Shown here: piece after piece, positions 19,546 through 30,000 of the stretch | Layout: each line of letters begins with the position of its first letter | Position numbering within the stretch: position 1 is the first letter of the stretch | IMG/VR virus record: IMGVR_UViG_3300001589_000046 | Location: 1 to 38,936 of that record | DNA: 38,936 nt | Origin: a virus | Lineage: Duplodnaviria > Caudoviricetes | Strand: one strand, 5' to 3' | The notes under the pieces: model-generated | Told to the model about the DNA's origin: nothing | The model's database searches: none | Seen by the model: only the letters and a program-made list of their open reading frames with translations | Translations under genes and position numbers: made by a program

Positions 19546-22500
19546 AACAAGCTATATATTTTGTTGTGTCTTTTTTAGGATCATATTTTTCTATACATTC
19601 ATATTCTATGTAATTAGTATTGTTATTATTTTTAAACCAATTACCATTATTAGTTAAAATATGATTTATAATATCTTTTTCTACTTTATATAAATCTAAT
19701 AATTGTTTTTTTCTATGTAAGATTAAATTATCTAATTTTTTATCTGATTTTCCAAAAACATAAAAATTATCTGTAAAAGATTTGACTGTATCAAATAATA
19801 ATTTATGTTGTGGGTGTCCATATTCCCCAATTGGATTATGAGTTACTATTTTTTCCCACTTATTATCTTTAAAATATCTAGAAAGATTTAAAGTTTGAGT
19901 ATTAGGATAAAGAGTATCTTCATAATCTAAAAGTTCCCACGATCCAATATTTAATTCACCCATTACTTGAGAAAATTCTTTTACTCTAGTTTTATCCTTA
20001 GGATTAGTAATACATACAATTTTATATTCATGACCATAATTTATTAATTCGGCCCCACCAAAAATTAATTCATCATCTGGATGGGATATAATCATTAATT
20101 TTTTTAGAATAGTTTCATTAAAGGCATGGTTTAATACATTAGCATTTTTTTTCTTAACTGATGGGTCTGGTCCATGAAAAAAATAAGGAAGAAGAGATTT
20201 TTCATCGTACATTACATCAAATCCTTCTTTAGTAAGTTTATTTGGTACTTTTATTTCTTCTTTACTACTATAATAATTATCCCAAGTTACAGGTAAATAA
20301 GAATTATTATTATCTCTCCACATTATATAATTAGCTATTCTTTCTTCTGATAAAGCATTATCGTCTACAAAAACTGTTAAGTGGTAATTATTTAGTTCTT
20401 TATGTATATCTAAACATTCATTAAAAAAAGGTAAAGAATTTATATCATAAAAATAAAAACCAGTAGCTATAATTCTATTATTAGGGTTTCTTTCAATATT
20501 TTTAAAGTCACAAATTTCAGTTCCATATCTGCCTTGTAGCTTAATACCATTATAAGACCTCCACTGTCCTATATCTTCATGATAATATCTCATAAATAGA
20601 GGATAATCTCTTACTAAATTTAAATACTTTAAAGATTTATCTATATGTTCAGTAACAAAAGCATCTCCATCTAACCAAGCATAAAAATCATAATTTTCTT
20701 CTATAGAATCAATACTAGCTAAATATTTAGCATAGTATAAAGAAAAATCTTTATTAATTAAGTCTTGTTCACCACTCCAAACTATATCTTTTTTACGATT
20801 AAAATCTACTCTTTTATTAATAACATTAGGCAAATTAATTTCTGAATCACAATTGAATCCATAAACAATTAATTTATATTTTGAATGTTTTAATAAACTT
20901 TTAGCTAATACCTCTATCATAGATAGGTAATGTTTATCACCTCCAGTAATCCAAATAAAATCATCTTTATTTGTTGGGTTTAAAATTTTATAAGATTTAT
21001 TTAATACTTGATTTACTGTGATTGATTTTTGGCATATATGTTGTTGATCAGTTCCTTTTTTTATTGGACACCAATCCCAATCTCCAGCATCAAAAACCGA
21101 TTCTGGTTTTGTCCAGCAACCATTACAAACATTAAAATTTTGAACTCTAGTTATATTATTTGTAAATTCATGTTCTGGTGTTGAAAACCCATTAAGCATT
21201 AATGTATGTTTATTTAATGCCCAATTAATCCAAGATAAACCTGATCCTAATCCTATAAATAATTCTGCATGGTATAGGTAATTAAATAATTCATCCCAAG
21301 GTAAATTATTTTTGCTTATAATATTAGGCCCATTAAATCCTTTTAAACTTAAACTTATTACTTTATATCCTTTAACCTTAAATTTAGTAGCTAATTCTTT
21401 CCACCTATCATGGGGCCATTCTTTACAACCAGAAGTTGCTTGGGGCCCGATACAAATATATTTTTGTTTTATAGGTCTTTTTTTAGGTTTAAAATAAACA
21501 CCATAATTAATTTCTTTATAAGGAAGACCTAAAATATCTGTTGCTGCCTGAATTAAAGGTATTGTATTAACTTGATTTGGATGATCTTTACTATTTTTAA
21601 AATCACCACTTTCACTTCTAAACCAACCTATTTTATATTGGACATAAGATTTACATCCTTTATTTGGTTTTATAAAAGTTAAATTTTTATATTCTTCCTG
21701 TTTTTCAAACCAACTATTATGAAATGTTGATATTATTACTTTACAATTATGTTTCTTTTGAAATTCAACTGCTTGTGGAGCCCAAGCTAATGTATCACCT
21801 AGAGAATTTGAGTCAAATGATATTTTTACAGTTTTATCTTTTAAATTAAAAGTATGTGCTACTTCACCATTAATTTTTATTACCCAAGGAATATAATATG
21901 TTTTATTACATTGAGTCCACATATTATTTTCTATATTTGAAGAATGTATTACTTCATTATTTTCTCCATTTATAAATTCAATAAAATATTTTTGATTTTT
22001 AGAACCTACAATTTCTACTTTAGGGCCTGAATTAAATGTTATTTTTATTTCGTTAGGTTGGATATTATTATATAGATATTTAATTTCTTTATTAGCTATT
22101 TTTACAGCATTTTCCCAAGTAAATTTATTCCTAATTTGTTCGGATTCTATTAATGCTTTCTTTTTATGTTTACCATAATTTTTATAAGCATCTCTCATTA
22201 CTTTTTTTAAGTCTTCATAATCAGGTTGATAAAATTCCCCAGGTAAATCTGATTGGGAATATGTTGAATATTCTCCACCTAAAGCTGGGATTGTTCCTTT
22301 TATTTTAACGGGTAGTCCCTTTCCTTTAGCAAATTCAAGTTGAGCACTACAATTAGAATATATAGAAGGAGTTCCACAAGCCATAGCTTCTATTAACGGT
22401 AAGTTCCATCCTTCAGACCTGGCACAAGATAAAAATACATGGCCTTTTTGTAAATATTTTATATACTCTTCTCTTGTAGGAAAATGTTTTATTTTTAATC

Positions 22501-23257
22501 TAGGGTCAACTAATTTATAATGTTTTAATCTTTCTTCAGTTGTTTCAAATTTATCTTTAGCAAATACATTATCAATAGATAATACTAAATCAATAGGTTC
22601 ATCTTTATTAAATTCTTCTAAAAATGATTTTATTATTTCTTTTGTTGATTTTCTATAATCCCACCTACCAAATAAAATAAATTTAAATCTATCATCATCA
22701 TATTCAGGTAAAGTAGATTTTTCATTAGGGTAAAAAGTATTACTATCAACAGCTTCAGGTACTACTTTTACTTTATCTTTATCCATACCCTGTTCTATAG
22801 TACATTCTCTTTGCCATTTAGATGCTACCCAAACTTGGTCATATTCTTTTAAACTATTAAAAAATTGTTCTGGTAATCTAGTAGTTTCCCAAACTGTATA
22901 TCCTATTTTTGGGCCATTATAATTTTGGTAAAAAAAGTGATGATTACATTCAGCTAAAACTATATTAAGATCATGGTTAAAATTATTTGGATAATTAGTA
23001 TATAAATCTTTATCTACTAAAAATTGTTCCTTACCAAATAAAGCTTGTGAAACTAAAAGTTTTTTATCAAGATTAGTTAAATAATCTTCCTCATTAAAAG
23101 GTTCTAAGTTATAACCATTCCAATAAGTAGGTACTGTAAAGTTCCTTACTTTAATTTCAAAGGATTTAGATAATTCTCTAAAAAAATCTCGTGTATGGTT
23201 ATTGTAACCTGTATGACCTATATAACAACTATGTGCATATATTTTGGGTTTTCCCAT
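19535..23257 (-). CDS. Four-domain glycosylation enzyme: GT4 + Aah/TibC-like O-heptosyltransferase + GT-A-like + PIG-L/LmbE-like deacetylase
   Basis: GT4: TGY, VWET, GRWDYRKS, RSEGWNLPLIEAMACG. Heptosyltransferase-like: SLGDTLAW, FIGLGSGLSWINWA, CNGCW...WCP...C. GT-A-like: WITGGD, WLDGDAFV. PIG-L-like: SHPDDELIFGG, THNPIGEYGHPQH. Confidence 0.85.
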   Translation of the reverse strand: MGKPKIYAHSCYIGHTGYNNHTRDFFRELSKSFEIKVRNFTVPTYWNGYNLEPFNEEDYLTNLDKKLLVSQALFGKEQFLVDKDLYTNYPNNFNHDLNIVLAECNHHFFYQNYNGPKIGYTVWETTRLPEQFFNSLKEYDQVWVASKWQRECTIEQGMDKDKVKVVPEAVDSNTFYPNEKSTLPEYDDDRFKFILFGRWDYRKSTKEIIKSFLEEFNKDEPIDLVLSIDNVFAKDKFETTEERLKHYKLVDPRLKIKHFPTREEYIKYLQKGHVFLSCARSEGWNLPLIEAMACGTPSIYSNCSAQLEFAKGKGLPVKIKGTIPALGGEYSTYSQSDLPGEFYQPDYEDLKKVMRDAYKNYGKHKKKALIESEQIRNKFTWENAVKIANKEIKYLYNNIQPNEIKITFNSGPKVEIVGSKNQKYFIEFINGENNEVIHSSNIENNMWTQCNKTYYIPWVIKINGEVAHTFNLKDKTVKISFDSNSLGDTLAWAPQAVEFQKKHNCKVIISTFHNSWFEKQEEYKNLTFIKPNKGCKSYVQYKIGWFRSESGDFKNSKDHPNQVNTIPLIQAATDILGLPYKEINYGVYFKPKKRPIKQKYICIGPQATSGCKEWPHDRWKELATKFKVKGYKVISLSLKGFNGPNIISKNNLPWDELFNYLYHAELFIGLGSGLSWINWALNKHTLMLNGFSTPEHEFTNNITRVQNFNVCNGCWTKPESVFDAGDWDWCPIKKGTDQQHICQKSITVNQVLNKSYKILNPTNKDDFIWITGGDKHYLSMIEVLAKSLLKHSKYKLIVYGFNCDSEINLPNVINKRVDFNRKKDIVWSGEQDLINKDFSLYYAKYLASIDSIEENYDFYAWLDGDAFVTEHIDKSLKYLNLVRDYPLFMRYYHEDIGQWRSYNGIKLQGRYGTEICDFKNIERNPNNRIIATGFYFYDINSLPFFNECLDIHKELNNYHLTVFVDDNALSEERIANYIMWRDNNNSYLPVTWDNYYSSKEEIKVPNKLTKEGFDVMYDEKSLLPYFFHGPDPSVKKKNANVLNHAFNETILKKLMIISHPDDELIFGGAELINYGHEYKIVCITNPKDKTRVKEFSQVMGELNIGSWELLDYEDTLYPNTQTLNLSRYFKDNKWEKIVTHNPIGEYGHPQHKLLFDTVKSFTDNFYVFGKSDKKLDNLILHRKKQLLDLYKVEKDIINHILTNNGNWFKNNNNTNYIEYECIEKYDPKKDTTKYIACYDK

Positions 23258-23281
23258 ATTGTTTATAACTTATTTTATTTA

Positions 23282-23313
23282 CTAATATACAATAAAAATT
23301 TAAACTATCCCAA
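23282..23313 (-). promoter_or_regulatory. Bacteroidota-like promoter (TTG ... TGTATATTAG) for the glycosylation operon
   Basis: Minus strand TTGGGATAGTTTAAATTTTTATTGTATATTAG, about 25 nt upstream of ATG 23257; same layout as 12651-12684. Confidence 0.5.
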
Positions 23314-23330
23314 TTATTTATTATTTTTTA

Positions 23331-24065
23331 CTATACACCAACTACCGTAGATATATTTCCTGTTGCTACATCAACAACCTCACCAATATTAGCACTACTT
23401 ACATCAACAATTTCATTACCATAACCCGGAGCTACAGCATCAAAAGACATAAAAGGAACAAAACCACTAGATGGAGTATTAAAATTTAGATAATATCTAT
23501 AATATACATCATCTCCTTGATCAGTATCAGTAGCATCATTTGGATATTGTACAATTGCTATTTTTAATTCTCCTGTCGACGATGCTGCTGCAGTAGCGGT
23601 AGAGTTTAAATCTAAAGTAGCAGATGAATTTGCATCTGTCCATTGTTCAACTGTACCCGAATCAGGAGAATAATTTTCAGTAAAATCAATGTCATCAAAA
23701 AATTCTGAATTAGAATATTGTGAAAAGGATGGACCACTTCCCATTCCATTAAATTCGAATATGGTTGCACCTAAACCAGTACCTAATCCTGAAACAGCTG
23801 TAGAAGTAGTTGATCTATAATTAAATTTTAAATTTGTTATTGTATATCCAACGTAACTACTAAAATCAAATACTGCAAAAAATCTATAAAATCTATAATT
23901 TGAGTTTCCTTTTCCTGAGTCTCTAAAAAACTGTATTGATTGTAAGTTAGATGAAGTTGAAGAATCATTAAAACTATTTGAATCAGATTCTCTTGCTGTT
24001 GTAAAAGAATTTGATGCTAGTGTTCCAACGGCTCTTGAATATCGTACGGCTGTAAGATTTGGCAT
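23331..24065 (-). CDS. Fibre-associated protein, putative beta-sandwich tip/adhesin with a short C-terminal repeat
   Basis: 244 aa, starts 3 nt after the fibre stop; RFFAVFDFSSY...ITNLKF pattern; C-terminal (I..VVDV/VVGV) x3. Confidence 0.6.
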   Translation of the reverse strand: MPNLTAVRYSRAVGTLASNSFTTARESDSNSFNDSSTSSNLQSIQFFRDSGKGNSNYRFYRFFAVFDFSSYVGYTITNLKFNYRSTTSTAVSGLGTGLGATIFEFNGMGSGPSFSQYSNSEFFDDIDFTENYSPDSGTVEQWTDANSSATLDLNSTATAAASSTGELKIAIVQYPNDATDTDQGDDVYYRYYLNFNTPSSGFVPFMSFDAVAPGYGNEIVDVSSANIGEVVDVATGNISTVVGV

Positions 24066-24068
24066 AAT

Positions 24069-27000
24069 TTAAGCTATTACTATATAAGTTGGATCTGGGT
24101 TAAACCAAATTGTGTTTGAATCAACTGCATACCCCACAACTCTTACTACATTACCTGTACTACTTGGAGCTGTATTTGACATGTTTCCTGTTCCAGCACT
24201 AGCACTTAAATAAAGTGGTGCTCCAACAGTAAACCCATGTGATGATTGTTTAACAAATCCTATTAATACAATACCACTGGATGTAGCTGAAGAATTGCTG
24301 GCATTATATCCTAATAATCCTTTAGATGTTGATTCTGTGTTAGCTCCTGTTTTAGCCCAATCTCCGCCAGAGGTCCAATAAACAACTTTTGTGGTTGTTA
24401 CACTTGCTGATCCTATTTTAGTAATAATACCAGACAGTGATCCTAATGAGGTTAAAGAACCATCTAATTCAATTGCCGAATGATTATTAAGTGTCAGCAA
24501 ATTCCCACTAAGTCCTTGGGCATTTACTGTAATAAACTGCGACACGGTTAAACTTGCTCCACTACCTCCATATACTACAACTCCATTAGATGTACTACCT
24601 GTTATTGTTGCTGTACCTGAAGTACCTGAAGAACCACTTGTTCCAGAAGAACCACTAGTACCTGAACTACCACTTGAACCTGGTGAACCATCTCCACCAC
24701 TTACACCTGATGAACCACTTGAACCATTATTACCACTTATACCTGAACTACCACTTGAACCCGGTGCACCATCTCCACCACTTACACCTGATGAGCCACT
24801 TGAACCATTTGCACCTGACACACCTGATGAACCACTTGAACCTGGTGAACCATCTCCACCACTTACACCTGATGAACCACTTGAACCATCTGAACCACTT
24901 ATACCTGAACTACCACTTGAACCATCTGAACCACTTATACCTGATGAACCACTTGAACCATCTGAACCACTTACGCCTGAGCTACCACTTGTTCCAGAAG
25001 AACCTGATGAGCCACTATTACCAGAAGAACCACTTGAACCATCTGTACCACTTATACCTGAACTACCACTTGTTCCTGATGAACCTGAAGTTCCTGATGA
25101 ACCCGAAGTTCCTGATGATCCACTTGAACCATCTGAACCACTTATACCTGAACTACCACTTGAACCATCTGAACCACTTATACCTGAACTACCACTTGAG
25201 CCTGAATCACCAGAAGTACCTGAAGATCCACTTGAGCCTGAAGTTCCTGAAGAACCTGAAGAACCACTTGTTCCTGAAGAACCACTTGTTCCTGAACTAC
25301 CACTTGAACCATCTGCTCCATCATCACCACTTGTACCTGATGAACCTGAGCTACCACTTGTTCCAGAAGAACCTGATGAGCCACTTGTTCCCGAAGATCC
25401 ACTTGAACCACTATTACCAGATGTTCCTGAAGTTCCAGAAGAACCACTTGAACCTCCTGCTCCATCTATACCTGAAGTTCCTGAGCTACCACTTGAACCT
25501 GAAGTACCAGATGAACCTGAAGATCCACTTGTTCCTGAAGAACCACTTGTTCCTGAACTACCACTTGTACCAGATGTACCACTTGAACCAGAAGAACCTG
25601 CTGCACCATCTATACCACTTGTACCTGATGATCCGCTTGATCCAGAAGTTCCTGATGAACCACTTGAACCACTAGTTCCTGATGAACCACTTGTTCCTGA
25701 AGAGCCACTTGAACCTCCTGCTCCTTGTTCACCTGAAGTACCTGAAGTACCACTTGAACCTGAAGAACCACTTGTTCCTGATGAACCTGAAGAGCCACTA
25801 GTACCTGAACTACCACTTGTACCAGAATCACCTGTTACAACAAATGAACAAAGTACATCTTCTCCGTTTGTGAATGGAGATGCAGCTGAAGAAGCTTCAG
25901 GTATAACAGTTAATGTCCACCATGCCCCATTATCAGCTAATTCATCAATAGCAAATAAAATAAATTGAGTTGTATCAAACTTATTTGATATTCTTATGTG
26001 ACCTTTTATAGCTGAGGTCGAACTATCTATTGTTTCTAAAAATGATTCTAAACTATTACCATTATCATCAGTTTGACTAATATAAACAGCAGTTGCTGTA
26101 TTTTGACCTTGTGCTGATGATTTATTTAGTTTTACATCACCAGATCCTGGATCGGATGTAGCTGTATTTGTATCAAAAGTATAATCAAATGTTGCACCCC
26201 CAAATGAACCATCTTGTCCTGATGTACCAGATGAACCTGAAGATCCGCTTGTACCAGATGAACCACTTGTACCTGATGAACCTGATGAGCCACTTGTTCC
26301 TGATGAGCCTGAAGTTCCTGAAGAGCCACTTGAACCGTCTGCTCCATCATCACCACTTGTACCTGATGAACCTGATGAGCCACTTGTTCCTGAAGAACCA
26401 CTTGAACCAGAATCACCACTTGTTCCTGAAGTTCCAGAAGAACCACTTGAACCGCTTGTACCTGAAGAACCACTTGAACCATCTACACCAGAAGTTCCGC
26501 TTGTACCTGATGAACCTGAGGATCCGCTTGTACCTGATGATCCGCTTGAACCACTATCACCGGATGTTCCTGAAGTTCCAGAAGAACCACTTGAACCTGC
26601 TGCTCCATCTATACCACTTGTTCCTGAACTTCCACTTGAACCAGAAGTACCAGATGAACCTGAAGATCCGCTTGTACCAGATGAACCTGAAGATCCGCTT
26701 GTACCTGATGATCCGCTTGAACCATCTACACCAGAAGTTCCACTTGTTCCTGAACTTCCGCTTGAACCAGCTGCACCATCTATTCCTGAAGTTCCAGATG
26801 AACCTGAAGAACCGCTTGTTCCTGAAGAACCGCTTGAACCGTCTGCTCCATCATCACCACTTGTACCTGATGATCCGCTTGAACCATCTACACCAGAAGT
26901 TCCTGATGAACCTGAACTACCACTTGTTCCTGAAGAACCGCTTGTTCCTGAAGAACCTGAACTACCACTTGTTCCTGAAGAACCGCTTGAACCATCTGCT

Positions 27001-30000
27001 CCATCATCACCTGAAGTACCACTTGTACCTGAGCTTCCGCTTGTACCATCTATCCCACTTGTTCCTGATGATCCTGAAGAGCCACTTGTTCCTGAAGAAC
27101 CACTTGAGCCACTATCACCTGATGTTCCTGAGGTACCAGATGAACCACTTGTACCATCTATACCACTTGTACCAGATGATCCACTTGAGCCTGAAGTTCC
27201 TGATGAACCTGAACTACCACTTGTTCCTGATGAACCACTTGTTCCTGAAGAGCCACTTGAACCGTCTGCTCCATCATCACCTGAAGTACCACTTGTACCT
27301 GAAGAGCCACTTGTACCATCTATTCCACTTGTACCTGAAGTTCCTGAAGAACCAGAAGAACCACTTGTTCCTGATGAACCACTTGAGCCACTATCACCTG
27401 ATGTTCCCGAAGTACCACTTGTACCTGAACTACCGCTTGAGCCTGCTGCTCCATCTATTCCTGAAGTTCCTGAAGAACCTGAAGAACCACTTGTTCCTGA
27501 AGAGCCACTTGTTCCTGAAGAACCTGATGAACCACTATCTCCTGTTACAACAAAGGATGCTACAATATCTTCACCATCTGTTAATGCATTACCACCTTGT
27601 ACTTCACTTGCAACTGTTAAGGTCCAATAATCACCTTGATCTACAAGATTATTAATAGCAAAAACAATAAAATCACTTGCATCATCTTTATCAAATAATC
27701 TTACATGACCTTTTGGTATTGAATTTGAAGCCTCTACAGTTTGAAGGAAAGATTCAATGCTATTTCCATCATCATCATCTTGACTTATAGATAATACTGT
27801 TGCAGAAGGTTGAGTAGAATTATTTAATCTAATATTACCTGTTCCTGGATTTTCACTTGTATTAGTATCTGTTTTAAAAGTATAATCAAACGAAGCACCA
27901 CCAAATGAACCATCTTGTCCTGAAGACCCACTTGTACCTGAACTACCACTTGATCCTGATGTTCCTGAACTTCCACTCGAACCATCTGCACCATCTACAC
28001 CTGAAGTTCCTGATGAACCACTTGTACCACTTGTTCCTGATGACCCACTTGAACCTGAAGTTCCACTTGAACCTGATGTACCACTTGAACCAGAAGTTCC
28101 ATCTATACCACTTGTTCCTGAAGATCCTGATGTTCCATCTATTCCTGAAGTACCCGATGATCCACTTGAACCTGAAGTACCAGACGAACCTGAAGATCCA
28201 CTTGTTCCTGAAGAACCACTTGAACCTGAGTCTCCACTTGTTCCAGATGAACCTGAAGAACCATCATCACCTGAAGTACCACTTGTACCTGATGATCCAC
28301 TTGAACCTGAATCACCACTTGTTCCACTTGTTCCTGAAGAACCACTAGAACCTGAAGTTCCAGAAGAACCACTTGAACCATCTACACCCGAAGTTCCACT
28401 TGTTCCTGATGAACCACTTGTACCATCTATTCCACTTGTACCTGATGAACCTGAAGTTCCATCTATACCAGATGTACCAGATGAACCACTTGAGCCTGCT
28501 GCTCCATCAATACCACTTGTTCCTGATGAACCTGAAGAACCGCTTGTTCCTGAAGAACCGCTTGAACCGTCTACACCAGAAGTTCCACTTGTTCCTGATG
28601 AACCAGAAGAACCTGCTGCACCATCTATTCCTGAAGTTCCACTAGAACCAGATGAACCACTAGTTCCTGAACTACCGCTTGAACCATCTGCACCATCTAT
28701 ACCTGAAGTACCTGATGAACCACTAGTACCATCTATACCTGAAGTACCTGAAGAACCACTTGTACCATCTATACCTGAAGTACCTGAAGATCCGCTTGAA
28801 CCATCTGTTCCATCATCACCTGAAGTTCCAGAAGAACCACTTGAGCCACTTGTTCCAGATGAACCACTTGAGCCAGAATCACCACTTGTTCCAGAACTTC
28901 CACTTGAACCATCGGCTCCATCATCACCTGAAGTTCCAGAAGAACCACTTGATCCTGCTGCTCCGTCTATACCTGAAGTACCTGATGAACCACTTGTACC
29001 ATCTATACCACTTGTTCCTGAAGACCCACTTGACCCTGCTGCTCCATCTATACCACTTGTACCTGAAGAGCCACTTGAACCAGAATCACCACTTGTTCCT
29101 GATGAACCTGAGGAACCGCTTGTTCCTGAAGAACCGCTTGAACCGTCTGCTCCATCATCACCACTTGTACCTGATGAACCACTTGTTCCAGATGAACCAC
29201 TAGAACCTGAAGTTCCACTTGAACCCGATGTACCACTTGTTCCTGATGAACCAGAAGAACCAGAATCACCTGTTACAACAAATGAACAAAGTACATCTTC
29301 TCCATTTGTGAAAGGTGAAGTTGCTGAACTTGCTTCAGGTGTAACTGCTAATGTCCACCATGCTCCATTATCTGTTAAATTTGTAATTGCCCAAAGAATA
29401 AATTGAGTTGTATCAAATTTATTTGATATTCTTATGTGACCATTTACAGCACCTGTTGAAGCTTTTACTGTTTCTAAAAATGCTTCTATACTATTACCAG
29501 CATCATCTTCTTGACTTATATAAACAGCAGTTGCTGTATTTTGATCCGAATTATTTACTTTAACATCTCCACTACCTGGATCTGAAGTTGTTGTATCTAT
29601 ATCAAAAGTATAATCAAATGTTGCACCTCCAAATGAACCATCTTGTCCTGATGTACCACTAGATCCGCTTGTTCCAGATGAACCACTTGATCCATCTGTA
29701 CCACTTGTACCTGAAGATCCGCTTGTACCATCTATACCACTTGTACCTGAACTACCACTTGAGCCTGAATCACCAGAAGTACCTGAAGATCCACTTGAAC
29801 CACTAGTACCAGAACTCCCACTTGAACCATCTACACCAGAAGTTCCACTTGTTCCTGATGAGCCACTTGAACCAGCTGCACCATCTATTCCTGAAGTTCC
29901 TGATGAACCTGAAGTTCCATCTATACCTGATGTACCAGAACTTCCACTTGAACCTGATGCACCCTCATCTCCACTAGTACCTGAGCTTCCACTTGAACCT

